64,000 nt of DNA from Eukaryota sp. GEM-RC1 (taxonomy: Eukaryota). Positions 1 through 11,700 of the stretch are shown piece after piece. The notes under the pieces are model-generated. The model searched no databases, was not told the origin of the DNA, and was given only the letters and a program-made list of their open reading frames with translations. Position 1 is the first letter of the stretch, and each line of letters opens with the position of its first letter. Both the position numbers and the translations under genes were made by a program. The DNA lies in assembly GCA_040285855.1 (NCBI GenBank), contig JAUFOQ010000010.1, positions 1,550,001 to 1,614,000 on the forward strand. Direction: 5' to 3'.

Positions 1-84
1 AACCCGGAGGACCTAAGACCCCCATCCAATACGGAAGGCGGCAGTCAAGGAGGTACTACTTCCTCAGCCTTAGACATTGAGTCT

Positions 85-1230
85 TTGCTGAACAAGTTTA
101 GACCTCCTGGAGGTTACCAGCAACGTTACGCTGCCACTTTCTCAGCTGTAACTAACCAAGAAATGGTTTCCTCCACTCCTCAGGTATCCTCACAAGGTAC
201 TCCTCTTAGTACCTCTTTTCAAAATAGTGTAGTTTTAGATAATAAAGATAATGTATCGGACAGTATTCCAGCTTCTCCTGTGAGATCAGCTGAAGTAGCA
301 AAGGCAATTCGTCTTCTAGAAGAATCCTTAGCTAAAAGTAAGACCATGAGTGCAGAAGTTAGCAACAAACTTCTTGCTGAACAGGAACATAACCTTCAAA
401 GAATGCAAATGTCTGCTGAAGACCGTGCTCGTGAAGTACAAAGACAAGTCGGGAGTGTTGGTATGGGTTTCCACCCTGATGCCATCCCTGATAGTCGAAT
501 TCCTTGGGTAAGTCCTCATGATCAGAACGTTTCAATCTCTGACTCTGATATGTGGCACCTAGCAAAGTTCCGTCCATGGCATCCAGTACTCAGGAACCGT
601 ATGCCAGAAGGTAGGCATTATCTTCTGCGCAACGTTCCACCTGGTACCCTCACCTGAAGTTATTGAACAATTTCTAGGAAGTTGGTACAACAGGGAGTCT
701 GAAGACACTTACAGGTAACCAGCTGTCAGTTCTTGGGATCCTCGTCATGGGATCATCATTGAACCTCTTGAGCCAAAGTATGACGCTGATGGTATGTCTG
801 TGGTGTATGAGTACACTGCGTGGTATCAGCACTGTTTGAATAACCAGTCGCAGATTTATCACAATGTGGCCATAAGTACTGAGTGGTTGTCCCCCAATCA
901 CAATTACAGTCACTTACCGGTTTCGACGTTCCAAAACGGAAACTCGACTACTCGTGTCCCGAATGTTGAGTCCACTCGAATCATACCTTTTCAAGGTATT
1001 GGTGGCTCTCAGAGAGTTCTTCCACTTGCAGCTGTGAGAATGCAACTGACACTCCAAAACAAGACGAGCTAAGCCGAACTCAACGACTTACTCCCTTTGC
1101 TCCAGGTGAAATCGAACATCCTGAAGTTGTTGACAGGTTCTCAATTGATTCGTTCGGTTTCAGATCTCGTAATGATCAATCGACCGCTAAATTCGACCAA
1201 GAGAAAGCTTGTCCCCGTTATGTTGCCCGA
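85..1230 (+). pseudogene. Disrupted N-terminal extension of Gag (or upstream ORF) of element 1
   Basis: ORF 85-657 continues in another frame (~626-1010, with in-frame TAA ~716) and returns to the gag-pol frame, which is open from 970 to the ATG at 1231. Confidence 0.5.
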
Positions 1231-4200
1231 ATGGAACATGAAAATGTTTATCGCAAACCAGAATTCTTCGCTGATGGTCACAACAATACCGAATCGTCGG
1301 TAATCTCTAAAGAAGAACTTCTACGCCCTCGAAAGGAACGCACCGAAAGACTGATTGCCGAAGAGAAACGTCAGCGAGAAAGAGAAGCTCAATCGGTTGT
1401 GATTGATGATTCACCTCTCCCAATCGAAAATCATTTAAATCAAAGTTCTTCGTCTGAAGATGAACTCCCTGATAATGTTCTCCATGATTCCACCATCCTT
1501 GCATCTGGTGTTACTCCCAAAGCAAAAAAACCAAAAAAGAAAGATTCGAAACATCGCCCCTTTTTGAAGAACGACACCCGTGCCGAGGTGGTCAAATTCC
1601 TACATGATTTCAGCCACTGGGCTGTCCATACAAGGAAACAACCAGCTTACAGAGGCTTCGACATGTGGCTTGGCAAACCCAAGAACAGATTTGATTTCGC
1701 CAGAACAGCCCTTTGTGAAGTGGACCCAGAAGGAGTAAGTGGTTTCATTGACCAAACAACCCTGTCCACTTGGAAAATGATGGATGCTATTGGTAACGAC
1801 ACTGATACTGTTTCCCTAGAACAATCCATCTGGAGACTGCTAGTCGACAAAAGCCAATTCTCTTCAACAACCGCAGCATCGAGTGCTCTGAAATCCATCC
1901 GTCTAGGAAATGCTAAAGACCCCCTTGAATGCATCGAGAACTATCTCTGCAACATAATCCGGTCTCTAAATTGCTCGATGGCAATTCCCACCATCTCGAG
2001 CGATCCAACTGATAGGGATCACCTCCATGCGTCAACAGTCGCCGACATCATCTTGGCCACTCTCAACCCTAAACAGGACATTGTTACCCTGAATGAGTTA
2101 CATGTCCGATGGGATCAAAAACTGAAGTCGGATGATAGCCTCCTTCCCCGATTTTTCAACGAAGTTAAAGGAATTTGGATCACCTACATGAGATCTACTG
2201 CTGTAGCTGCTCCTCCTGCTAACCGTCGTGATATGAGACATGGCCCACCTAGAATTCGTGGTCGCCAATCTAGAAGAAATGACCCCCCAAATGCTAAGAT
2301 CTCAGTTAAGTGTTACAACTGTGGCAAACCAGGTCATTTATCCTCTGAGTGCCGTCGTAATAAGAACAATATGACCTCCAGAGACCAAAGTGGAAAGCCC
2401 CAAAAACGTAGGTCCGGTGATAGCTTTAGAGGTCAATCAGACCAATCTAATCGTAATTTTAACAATAAATCAAATAACTATATTTTCCAAATATCAGTTG
2501 ACAACACAAAACATGCTACACCAGAAAAGTACATGAACCCATTGGCTGCTTTGAACACACATTCAAGCAAGGGTAGAAGTACGTCATCTGTTGAAACAAT
2601 TCGCAGTCTCAACCAGAACCTAGGGATCGAGTCAAAGGATAACGGTTCCTTATGTATTCGATTGTTGATTAACAATGAGCCAGTGATAGGTGAGTTTGAC
2701 TCTGCAGCTTCGTGCTCAGTCATTTCTCAAGATTTAGTGCGTCACTGTGAGATGACAACTACTGACAGTTGTATTGAATACATCTCAGCGAACAACATTC
2801 GCGCAACATCCTTAGGTAGTGCATTAGGTGTTCTGACGTTCAACGTTGGTAGTCTAGCTAACCAGATTCATATTAAGCATACTCTCCCAGTAGTACCTGG
2901 TACCAAAATACTCCTGATAGGCAGAGACTTACAAGAAGAACTGGGATTACTAACGGATGATGGTTTAGTCATTAGATTAGACAAGGAGCATCGCACTATT
3001 CTCAGTGCAGAGAGTGTATTCGATGGTAGAATGAAATCACCATGCGAATCAATCAATAGTGTTCAATCAAATTCCTCAACAATAAATTTAAATATTGATT
3101 TGTACGGCAACACTCAAACTGACATCAGTTTATTTGAAGAGATCATTGACAACTCTGGTTGCACGATAGAATTGGATGACCCTAATAGAAGAAAGGAGCT
3201 TCTGAGCCTACTCAGTAAATACAAACAAGTGTTCTCTGAAGAGATACATCCAGATGGTATCGATTGTCCACCGATGACCATCCCCTTTTATGATGAAACT
3301 GTCACTGTATTTCGTCCTCCTAGAAGGCTTAACCCTGAAAAACAGCGTATAGCCGAAGAAATTTTTAATGAACTTATACGACAAGGATGGGCTGTACCAT
3401 CGACTGGTAAGTTCAGTAGTCCCATTGTGCTTGTTGTCTACAACGACCACAAAAAGAAGCCTCGTTTGACTGGTGACTTCAGTGGACCAGACGGGATTAA
3501 CGCTAATACCAGACCGGTGAAACCAAACTTACCACGGATCTGTGATGTTCTAGAGTTCCTTTCGAAAGCAAATTTCATTGGAACACTTGACCTTCCTAAA
3601 GCATTCTGGCAGCTAAAGGTAGCTGAGGAAGATGTTGAGAAGACCAGTGTATCTATACCTGGAATGTCAATTAGCTTCAAACGAGCATGTTTTGGTTTGA
3701 AAAACGTACCAGCAATTTTCCAAAACATCATGATGGAAATATTCGATGTGGAAGGTGTATTCATTTATATAGACGATATAATTGTAGTAGGTGACACCTT
3801 CGAACAGTTTATTTCAAGAATAAATCTAGTACTGGAACGAGCAGAACGTTTTAGAGTACGGATTGGATTACGGAAGTGTAGGTTCACCACTTCAAGACAT
3901 CCTAATAAGATTCTAGGCAGCAATTTTTGCAACAAAACCCGTAGCATTGATGAGAACAGAGTTTCGGCTTTGATTGAGCTTCCAGCTCCCTCAACATTAC
4001 CCGAGGTAAGAAGTTTACTTGGTGCATTAAATTATGTTCGTGAATGGATTCCGAATTATTCAAATTTGACTGCCCCAATCAATGAACTCACTCGTGGAAA
4101 ACCCAAGAAAATTCTTTGGACGAAAGACCATGATGCTTTACTTACACAATTAAAGTCTGAGATAAAAGATCACATGGCACTTGATTTACCTGATACTGAT

Positions 4201-5829
4201 AAGAATATTATCATATCAACTGATGCATCCAACATCGCGGTTGGTGGTGTGATCTGGCAGGAAGAAAATCCCCCAGCTCCTCCAGGTACTCCGTTAGAAG
4301 AACGTAGAGTCAGACCTGTATCTTTTTATAGCCGTTTACTCAATGACAGTCAACAGAATTGGGCAGCTATCCAGAAAGAGCTGTATGCCATTCTTTTGAT
4401 TCTGACAGAATCTAGTTTAGAAAGTTTCCTGTTAAGTAGGCACTTGACGATCTTTACAGATCATAGGAACTTAGCCTATCTGATATCAGCTCCAGAGAAG
4501 AATCGCATTGTAAAACGATGGATTCCCATTTTATCTGAGTTCGATTTTGAGATAGTGCACGTAGCTGGTAAAAACAATCAATGGGCTGACATGTTATCAC
4601 GTGTTATTGACCGACGCCCAATTGAAACAATCAAATCTTTGACGATATCAAACCCTTCCATCAAAAATGATATAACCCTTTGTTATGGAGACTTACGCTT
4701 TGATGATGCAGATTATTATGAGACGCTTCCACGTAAAACCAACGTGCTAGCAATCAAGTGTCTTCGTGACCTCTCATTCGACAATAAACTTCCTTTATTT
4801 GATTCTTGGCTATCAACCATAAGGTTAGAACAAACTAAAGCGATAGATCAAGGAGATGAACTGTTCAATGGCTCAACGTTTTGTAAGAAGAGCAACATAT
4901 ACATCAACTCCAAGAACAAGATTTTGATTCCATCTAGCTTGATAAAGAAGGTTCTTTACATGCTGCATGGCTTAGTCCAGTCAGGAAATCCAAACAAGAA
5001 ACAAAGTTTGGACATACTGTGCAATAGTGGGTACTTTTGGCCAAGTATGAAAGCCGACATGAAGAAACATGTCGAGCAATGCCCTGCGTGTCAGAAAACG
5101 GCACCTGTCCCCAAAAGGACTATTGAATCGACGGGTTCTCTATGGGCTGATAGACCTTTTGCAAGACTCAATGTCGATACAATTGGTCCACTTCCAAAAG
5201 ATCGGAGTGGAAACCAATACCTCTTGGTGTTTGTAGATTCGTTCACCAGATACACCATTCTGAGCCCCCTCGAAGAACTCAACAGTAACGAAGTAGCATA
5301 TCGTCTTGTGTGGGATGTGATTGCTATCTTTGGTATACCGTTGTGTATACATAGTGACAATGGTACCGAGTTTGCCAACGCTATTTTTGAGGCAGTTTGT
5401 AACCTACTGGCGATTGAACTAAGTCGTTCGATTCCTCATTTCTCCCAGAGTAATGGGCTGGTGGAACGACGTCACAGAGACGTTCTGCAGAGCCTACGTC
5501 GTCTCCTCGTGGACTTCAATGATTATGACAATTGGTCAACATACATTCCGACTGTACAGTTGCAAATCAACGCAACAAAGAGTTCAGTTACTGGACATAC
5601 TCCCTACGAACTTATGTTCGGTAGCGATATAAGTCCTGGCGCAGATCCTAGTAATTTACTAGATGCTGTTGAGAAATCAACAAAGAATGTTCCGTTTATT
5701 AACGACATTAAAATGAAACTAGATCGACTAACAAAAAGAGAGAAGAGGCAGAGGTTCGTCAATCAAATCTCAAGCCTAAGAAGAAACGTGAATCTGGTCA
5801 ATCATTTAAGATTGGTGATCTTGTGTTAA
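1231..5829 (+). CDS. Gag-Pol polyprotein
   Basis: CYNCGKPGHLSSEC knuckle; protease FDSAAS; RT LDLPKAFWQ and YIDD; RNase H TDAS..KELYAI..TDHRNL; integrase VDTIGP/SDNG/NGLVERR; the second His of the HHCC motif appears as Asn. Confidence 0.95.
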   Translation: MEHENVYRKPEFFADGHNNTESSVISKEELLRPRKERTERLIAEEKRQREREAQSVVIDDSPLPIENHLNQSSSSEDELPDNVLHDSTILASGVTPKAKKPKKKDSKHRPFLKNDTRAEVVKFLHDFSHWAVHTRKQPAYRGFDMWLGKPKNRFDFARTALCEVDPEGVSGFIDQTTLSTWKMMDAIGNDTDTVSLEQSIWRLLVDKSQFSSTTAASSALKSIRLGNAKDPLECIENYLCNIIRSLNCSMAIPTISSDPTDRDHLHASTVADIILATLNPKQDIVTLNELHVRWDQKLKSDDSLLPRFFNEVKGIWITYMRSTAVAAPPANRRDMRHGPPRIRGRQSRRNDPPNAKISVKCYNCGKPGHLSSECRRNKNNMTSRDQSGKPQKRRSGDSFRGQSDQSNRNFNNKSNNYIFQISVDNTKHATPEKYMNPLAALNTHSSKGRSTSSVETIRSLNQNLGIESKDNGSLCIRLLINNEPVIGEFDSAASCSVISQDLVRHCEMTTTDSCIEYISANNIRATSLGSALGVLTFNVGSLANQIHIKHTLPVVPGTKILLIGRDLQEELGLLTDDGLVIRLDKEHRTILSAESVFDGRMKSPCESINSVQSNSSTINLNIDLYGNTQTDISLFEEIIDNSGCTIELDDPNRRKELLSLLSKYKQVFSEEIHPDGIDCPPMTIPFYDETVTVFRPPRRLNPEKQRIAEEIFNELIRQGWAVPSTGKFSSPIVLVVYNDHKKKPRLTGDFSGPDGINANTRPVKPNLPRICDVLEFLSKANFIGTLDLPKAFWQLKVAEEDVEKTSVSIPGMSISFKRACFGLKNVPAIFQNIMMEIFDVEGVFIYIDDIIVVGDTFEQFISRINLVLERAERFRVRIGLRKCRFTTSRHPNKILGSNFCNKTRSIDENRVSALIELPAPSTLPEVRSLLGALNYVREWIPNYSNLTAPINELTRGKPKKILWTKDHDALLTQLKSEIKDHMALDLPDTDKNIIISTDASNIAVGGVIWQEENPPAPPGTPLEERRVRPVSFYSRLLNDSQQNWAAIQKELYAILLILTESSLESFLLSRHLTIFTDHRNLAYLISAPEKNRIVKRWIPILSEFDFEIVHVAGKNNQWADMLSRVIDRRPIETIKSLTISNPSIKNDITLCYGDLRFDDADYYETLPRKTNVLAIKCLRDLSFDNKLPLFDSWLSTIRLEQTKAIDQGDELFNGSTFCKKSNIYINSKNKILIPSSLIKKVLYMLHGLVQSGNPNKKQSLDILCNSGYFWPSMKADMKKHVEQCPACQKTAPVPKRTIESTGSLWADRPFARLNVDTIGPLPKDRSGNQYLLVFVDSFTRYTILSPLEELNSNEVAYRLVWDVIAIFGIPLCIHSDNGTEFANAIFEAVCNLLAIELSRSIPHFSQSNGLVERRHRDVLQSLRRLLVDFNDYDNWSTYIPTVQLQINATKSSVTGHTPYELMFGSDISPGADPSNLLDAVEKSTKNVPFINDIKMKLDRLTKREKRQRFVNQISSLRRNVNLVNHLRLVILC

Positions 5830-6320
5830 AAGTCGCCAAAACTAGTAAACTCCATGGTAATTACACTGGACCATTTCTAGTAGTATCAGTTGATTCGAAA
5901 TCTTCTGTATCTCTAAAGAATCTGATCACTGGTCATGTTGGCAAGACCAGCATCCATCAATGTAAGATCTTTCAATCAGATCTACCAGCTGATCACGATC
6001 TCCACAGAGCAATTGCTTCAGGGGATTCTGAAGAACACATCGTTGTAAGGATCCTTGACAGGTTCAATACTCCTGATGGTGAACACTGCACGGTCCTCTG
6101 GTTTGGTGGTGACACTTCATCAGTTCCCACCAAGGACATCAAGAACACCAAGGCCTACAGTGATTTTTGTAAATTAGAAAATGTAGATTTATTTCATAGT
6201 AGTAACAAGAAGCCTAAGCTCAAACGCACCTCGAGTAGTAAGAGTAATCCTAAGTCACCCTCTAACGTAAAGACACCTGTGGCTAAGAGAACAAGGAGCT
6301 CGAAAGAGGAGAAGAGGTAG
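5733..6320 (+). CDS. Integrase C-terminus (GPF motif) plus degenerate chromodomain, out of frame with Pol
   Basis: One extra A in the run at ~5733-5737 gives KKREEAEVRQ..FKIGDLVLK..YTGPF..EEHIVVRILD..CTVLWFGG, collinear with the in-frame relic at 17791-18540. Confidence 0.8.
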   Translation, partial: KKREEAEVRQSNLKPKKKRESGQSFKIGDLVLKVAKTSKLHGNYTGPFLVVSVDSKSSVSLKNLITGHVGKTSIHQCKIFQSDLPADHDLHRAIASGDSEEHIVVRILDRFNTPDGEHCTVLWFGGDTSSVPTKDIKNTKAYSDFCKLENVDLFHSSNKKPKLKRTSSSKSNPKSPSNVKTPVAKRTRSSKEEKR

Positions 6321-6401
6321 TGTTAGCCAAAGGTAATTGTATAGTATCAAGTAGGATTATTTCACTTTATAAACACCTTTATCTTACCTCTTTCACCAAC
6401 A
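6321..6401 (+). repeat. Putative 81-bp 3' LTR of element 1
   Basis: Starts TGTTAG directly after the PPT/stop and ends CCAACA (inverted termini). The second LTR is absent, so the end is inferred. Confidence 0.5.
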
Positions 6402-6783
6402 GGTATCAACTGCCAGGACAGCAGTTGATCATTGAATGATCCTGATGACACCTTTCAAATAGGCGTTGATCGCTTGTGTGGGCGTTTGTTAAGAGTGCAC
6501 TGGACTCTCTTGAGGGGCTGGATAGCCGTCGAAGAGTAAGGAAATTGTGTTAGCAAGAGGATGTACAGTCAACCCTGGATACAGTGTCATTATATGGTCA
6601 TAATTTTGTTTACAAAGTTTAAATTTCAATTTTGATGCATGCTCATAAACACATCTACGGACACATTTTATACATTACACATGACGAACAAAGCCTCTAC
6701 GGTTCATCAGCACAAAACAAGCGGAAACTCTCAAAGCATGTGGGACACGAAATGACCACCATAACTCTTGGAGTGGTTGAAAG

Positions 6784-7226
6784 CAGCGTTATGCCATAAT
6801 GCAATTTTTCGACTGCCATACGGGTCATACGCGTATGGCCGTATGGCTGATGGCCTGTCTGGCGTGTTTTTGAAGTGTTTTAATGAATTATGTGTTAACC
6901 CAACGTTGTACATCACTTTTATTCAACATCTAAATACGATACCTGTTGATAAATCCGAGTCTTTTCAGACAGAAGTAATCCATTTACATTCTTTCATGAT
7001 CAATTGTCTTATTCTAAACATATTAGATCACCTCCAGATCTTAGCTACTGTAGTGGAAACTGTTATTGAATGATATCGGATGATTGGATAACATTTGAAA
7101 GGATTAAGTTGTAACTTATGAATATAGAAGTATCACAGAAAATTAAGGATCTTTATGGCAGAAAATGCCATACGCGTATGGCCGTATGGCACGTATGGCC
7201 GTATGGCATTGTGGCACGTAACGCTG
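6784..7226. mobile_element. hAT-type MITE (443 bp)
   Basis: TIRs CAGCGTTATGCCATAATGC / GCATTGTGGCACGTAACGCTG; 8-bp TSD GTTGAAAG (6776-6783, 7227-7234); subterminal CGTATGGC repeats. Confidence 0.92.
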
Positions 7227-7543
7227 GTTGAAAGACTCTGAGTTCAAAGCTCTAGCCATATTGAGTAATTATTCAACTGTTGCATTGTTCTGCTGAGGGG
7301 GAGGGATTGGGCGCTACCCAATGGCCAGGAGTCGTAAAGCGGACATTTTTGTTGACGGGCGTCATGTTACACTTCGTAGCCAGGTCTTGTGTGATTACGG
7401 ACATGGTTGATCCACTGTCCCAAAAACATTGAACTGGTAATTCCGTTAATCATCAGTTTGCAGCTGAGAAGTGGCAGTGACTTATGCTGAAAATAAAAGT
7501 CAGGCTTTATGAATCCATGTTACCAAGGCAAGACTGATGTTGC

Positions 7544-7753
7544 TCAATGATCAACTAATCGTGCAAAGCTTGGTTTCATAATATACATTTTGTTAACCAA
7601 AGAAGTATCATCAACATACGAATTAACCATTATACTTGGAAATTCACTATGGAAAACTCTTAACAATTTTTGCAAAGGCAAACAAAAAAGAAAATAGCCA
7701 AGACGAAATCTACAATGGAATTTTCTTCTCACAAACATACTTGTTGCAACCAA
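7544..7753 (-). pseudogene. Non-LTR retrotransposon reverse transcriptase fragment
   Basis: LFCLPLQKLL..NSYVDDTSLV resembles RT domains 4-5 with YxDD. Confidence 0.55.
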
Positions 7754-8283
7754 GACTGAATTCTTTGTGAGTTACTGCGATTCTCATTTCGACATTTTGG
7801 GTGGCTATGGACTGCCAGATTAACTACACTTGACAATTGAGAACTACTCACTGACCGAAAAACCAAGCTATAATTCTCAAAAATAGATGGATAAGTGAAT
7901 TAAGCGACGATGATTCAGATTTCAGTCTCAATAAATAACTACTGTATACAACTTTTTTTCTCTATTTTTCATAACATATAAAATGTACTTTATTTGCAAC
8001 AGTAGATTAATACACACTAATTCAGAAAATGTAAGAAGTTAAATTCCCAACATCAACACGAAAACTGTCCCTATACAACTCGGAATATATGGAACTTAGA
8101 TACTTATGAATGTTAATCCAAATATGTTTAAACCTGCTGGACCAAAATATCATTAATTAGTGACTAACACTTGTAAATCTGTTATATCTAAATTGAAAGA
8201 TGATGCAAAGTATGTACATAAATGAACAGCTGCTGGAAGTTCAGCGATAATACATCCAAATATCTATAGATGTTTTAAACAAA

Positions 8284-10725
8284 CTACAACAACCCTCTTC
8301 TTTTCAAAACATCAGTAGCAAAACACCCTTTTAATTCCTCTTTTTTTCATTCCCAGTACCGCACCAATTTCAAATTACGTGTACCACTTTCCTTGTACAA
8401 AGTGATTAAACTATCAATACCGGTAGTATTGTTGAGGTATGCTGAATGAAGAAGTAATTCGAGGGCTTTTTGGCTGTTTCTTGGCACCATAGTACCATCG
8501 TCGTACTGATGGCCTCAGTTTCTCATACTAAGGGACGATCCTCCTTCAGCTGCCAATTTAAAAAAATTACCTGCATCATTCCTATTCTGTTCAACAACAT
8601 CGCCATTATATAACAAAACCCCCATTCGATTCATAGCTTCAGCATTTCCCATATCAATAGCGACTTGCAAATTTTTAAGAGCTTCAGGAATATTTTTTCA
8701 ACTCCTTGTTCGACAGAATAACATAAATACAGTCCAAGGAAGCCTTCAGAATTCCCTAAATCTGCCGCTTTTTTAAACCACTGAAGAGCTTCTTTGATAT
8801 TCTCGTCAACTTTATCACCTTCAAGGAAACAGTAGCCCAAATTAAGCATTCCAAAAACATTCCCCATCTCAGCAGTTTTTTTAAAATATCCAACAGCTTT
8901 CACCAGATTCTTTTCAACGCCTAAACCTAAATAATAACAACTGCCTAATTTGAGAATACAATCAACGTGATTGTGATTAGCAGCTTCATTGAACAAGGTA
9001 AAAGCTTTTTCATAATTCTGTGTTACAGAATTTCCATTAAAGAAATTCGATCCCTGTAAATACAGTTCATTACCCGTTTTGAGCTCTTTTTCACGTAACG
9101 AGCAGAAGTCAAGAGAAGTCTCTGCTACAAAAGAATTGATATAAGACCCAAGATTAGTTTCTTGACGAGTTTCCATTAAAAATTTTAAAAACGGCATTAC
9201 ATTCAAATCAGGTTTCTCCAGAATTAATGAGATACACTTAATAAAACCATCAACAGTGCATGACAGATGGAATTCCTCAGAATTCTTCCAAGATTTCACA
9301 AGACATTTTCCCAGCCACATGCTGAACTTACCAGGAAGTAATGAGCAAAGAAGTTCAAGATAGTTCTTTGGTAAACATAAATTAGGATAATTTTCTAAAG
9401 ACTCAACTGTAACAATAGAAAGAAAACACTCACTAAAAAGTTGTAAATCAGTGAAATAATTAGAATTCTTTTGTAAGGTCCACAGAAAATAATCTGGAGG
9501 AACATTTGTAAAACTTTTGACATTCTGAAAAATATAAATTGACCACTCTAGCAAGGTCGAATTTAAGTGACAATCACCAATGGAATCGAACAGTCCGAAA
9601 ATCTTGTAAAACTCAACTCGAAACTCCTCTGGAAATGTTAAAAGTTCATTGGTTTGGCGATCTAAAGAATTTTCACTCTTATATAAATCAATTAAACATT
9701 TAAGCAACCAAAAGGGATCAACAACAGGCAGCAAGGAAGTAATAAAAGAAACTCTTAAAGGAATAGGTTCATTGTCCATATTTGAAAAGATAGTAAAAAT
9801 TTCAGAATTTTGATCAACAAAGTAGAATTGGTTATGTTCGTTAGAAATTTTCAAAAGATAAAAAAGCTCTTCTTTTGAAAAGAATTCGAAACAAGAAATT
9901 CTTGACAAGCCAATTTCAACTGATCTACTTGGTAATAAACTGATAACTGAAAATACTCCAATATATTTGAAATCTTGAATTTAACGGGATGTTGGTGGCG
10001 AAAAAGATCGAAAAAATGGCCAAATACATGTTCAGACACTCCTGGAAACTCATCACAATATTCAAAATTTCTCACAGCTGAATCTTCAAATTCACAAGTC
10101 ATTAAATTCTGAAACATTTTTGAATATACAATCAAGAGAACCGAGTTCAAAGTAATTAATGATTTTTTGTACGACAAATGTACGTCTTTATGAGAAGAAT
10201 CTACAATTTTTAAAATTACCCTTTTGAGTTCAATTGAAATTTGTTATCCTCAAAGTTGTCCAATCCTTTGCACATTCTCTCAGTAACAAACTCACTTAAC
10301 TCCTGGAACTGAAGAAGAGAAGCAATGACGGAGATGGATGTAACATTTTCAGGAGTAACAGTAAGAGATTGTCCATAGAGAGTTGACAGGATTGAGAAGA
10401 AGATATCAGGATCTGTAAGAAAAGGAAGTAGAGGGAACTCTACTGTGGTAGATTCCAGACCCTTCTCCTTAAGAACAGGACTGAAAGCACTGACGACGGA
10501 AGAATGACAGTGGAAAGAGTTACCATCGTATGTAATGACAGTATCAGTAAGAAGGTTGTCCTTCTGCAGGGAAAAGAGGTTGTTGCAGAAGCAATCGGTC
10601 GGGAAGCAATAAGTATTTGGAAGATCGGTAATGTCCAGAACTCGAGGGCGTTTAGAAGGGGGACTGTTGACGTCAGTGGTGTTGGAAGTTCTAGAAGAGG
10701 GTCGAGAGTCACTTGCAATGGTCAT
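8284..10725 (-). pseudogene. BTB-BTB-(BACK-like)-SEL1 repeat gene, copy A
   Basis: BTB motif TDTVITYDGNSFHCHSSVVSAFSPVL; SEL1 repeats (LGSCYYLGLGVEKN..A..YFKK); frameshifts at ~10222, ~9878, ~8695; in-frame TGA at 8515-8517 and 8347-8349; collinear with copy B to the shared ..RGLL*/GGLL* end. Confidence 0.85.
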
Positions 10726-10965
10726 AATTACCAGTATGAATGGGTTAATTACAGTGCACAGCCATTTAACAGCTTTCTGTAAACACTACTGTAGAAAAAA
10801 CTTTTTGTTGGACCAAGTCACGTCATCAACATACAGACAAGTGTATATGACGAAGGCTCCAATCGTTCAGTATATATTTGTCTAGAGCTGCTGTGTCCAC
10901 CTCGATGATCAACATCAATCACCACGATAGTATACACGATAGAATATGTGGTGCATAATTCGAGT

Positions 10966-11647
10966 TGGCAATGACTCGAGTACCCATCATTAATACACTC
11001 GTTTTCAGTCTTTTTACAGTTTCTCACAACTGAAGGCGTCATTGTGGTAATTTCAGCCACTGTTGTTTTTAAGAGTTCGATTACATTTCGTTCCAAATTA
11101 TTGACAATTCGAGTGATTTCGTTGATAGATCAAATCACTTTCCCCATTGACTAGATCTTCATATATAGGAGTAGCAATGAACGAGAAGTGTTCCATCAGA
11201 CTTTGTGGAATTCCTATAGCTAAGGTTTTAACATCCGCGGTATGCAAACCACTGGGGATTAATTTCTGTCAGCAGTCGATACTTATGGTTCCTCTCTCTG
11301 TTTGCTGTAAGGACATAATATACGAGTTGTACTGATCAGTCTTGATGTTCTCCACTCTGAGCCTAACAGTAATTTGGAGTCCGTCGCTTGTTTCAAAACG
11401 AAGCTCGGAATAAAATCCGATTGGTGTTCATTTGTGTAAAAACATTACATCTTGTTACGTTGCGACTTACAGGACTTTCGTCATAATGCGGAGGAGTAGT
11501 CTTCGTTTTGCAGTTTTTAATTTGGACATTAATGAGTCAAGTTTTCTAAGAGCTGGCTCATGAGAAAACTTCGACTACGTTTTGCTTCCAAATTGAATCG
11601 ATGAGCGGCGCATCCAATTAAAGGCAATTTCAAAGCTCTGGATATGG
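10966..11647. repeat. Dispersed direct duplicate of 45186-45876 (composite of DNA-transposon relics)
   Basis: Near-identical sequence read directly at both loci. Confidence 0.9.
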
Positions 11648-11700
11648 CGTAGTTTGTAGGCCAGTTGTCGGAAACCAGAAAGCTAGTGTATCGCGTATAC
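11529..11700 (-). pseudogene. hAT transposase fragment
   Basis: [18 protein letters not shown] contains the second catalytic D and the CxxH motif of hAT transposases. Confidence 0.7.

Larger units (their letters stand above)
85..6401 (+). mobile_element. Ty3/gypsy LTR retrotransposon 1 (chromovirus-like); 5' LTR not in window
   Basis: Gag CCHC knuckle, then PR-RT-RH-IN order, chromo-like tail, polypurine tract AAAGAGGAGAAGAGG and a TG-starting candidate LTR at 6321. Confidence 0.92.

Noticed and set aside
6402..6414. GGTATCAA as a tRNA-iMet PBS
   Set aside because: Lacks the initial T, diverges after 7 nt, and follows a 3' LTR with no gag downstream
10201..10219. 19-nt GT..AG micro-intron explaining the first BTB frameshift
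   Set aside because: Removing it gives GGA TTC TTC TCA TAA, an immediate stop, so the frame is not restored
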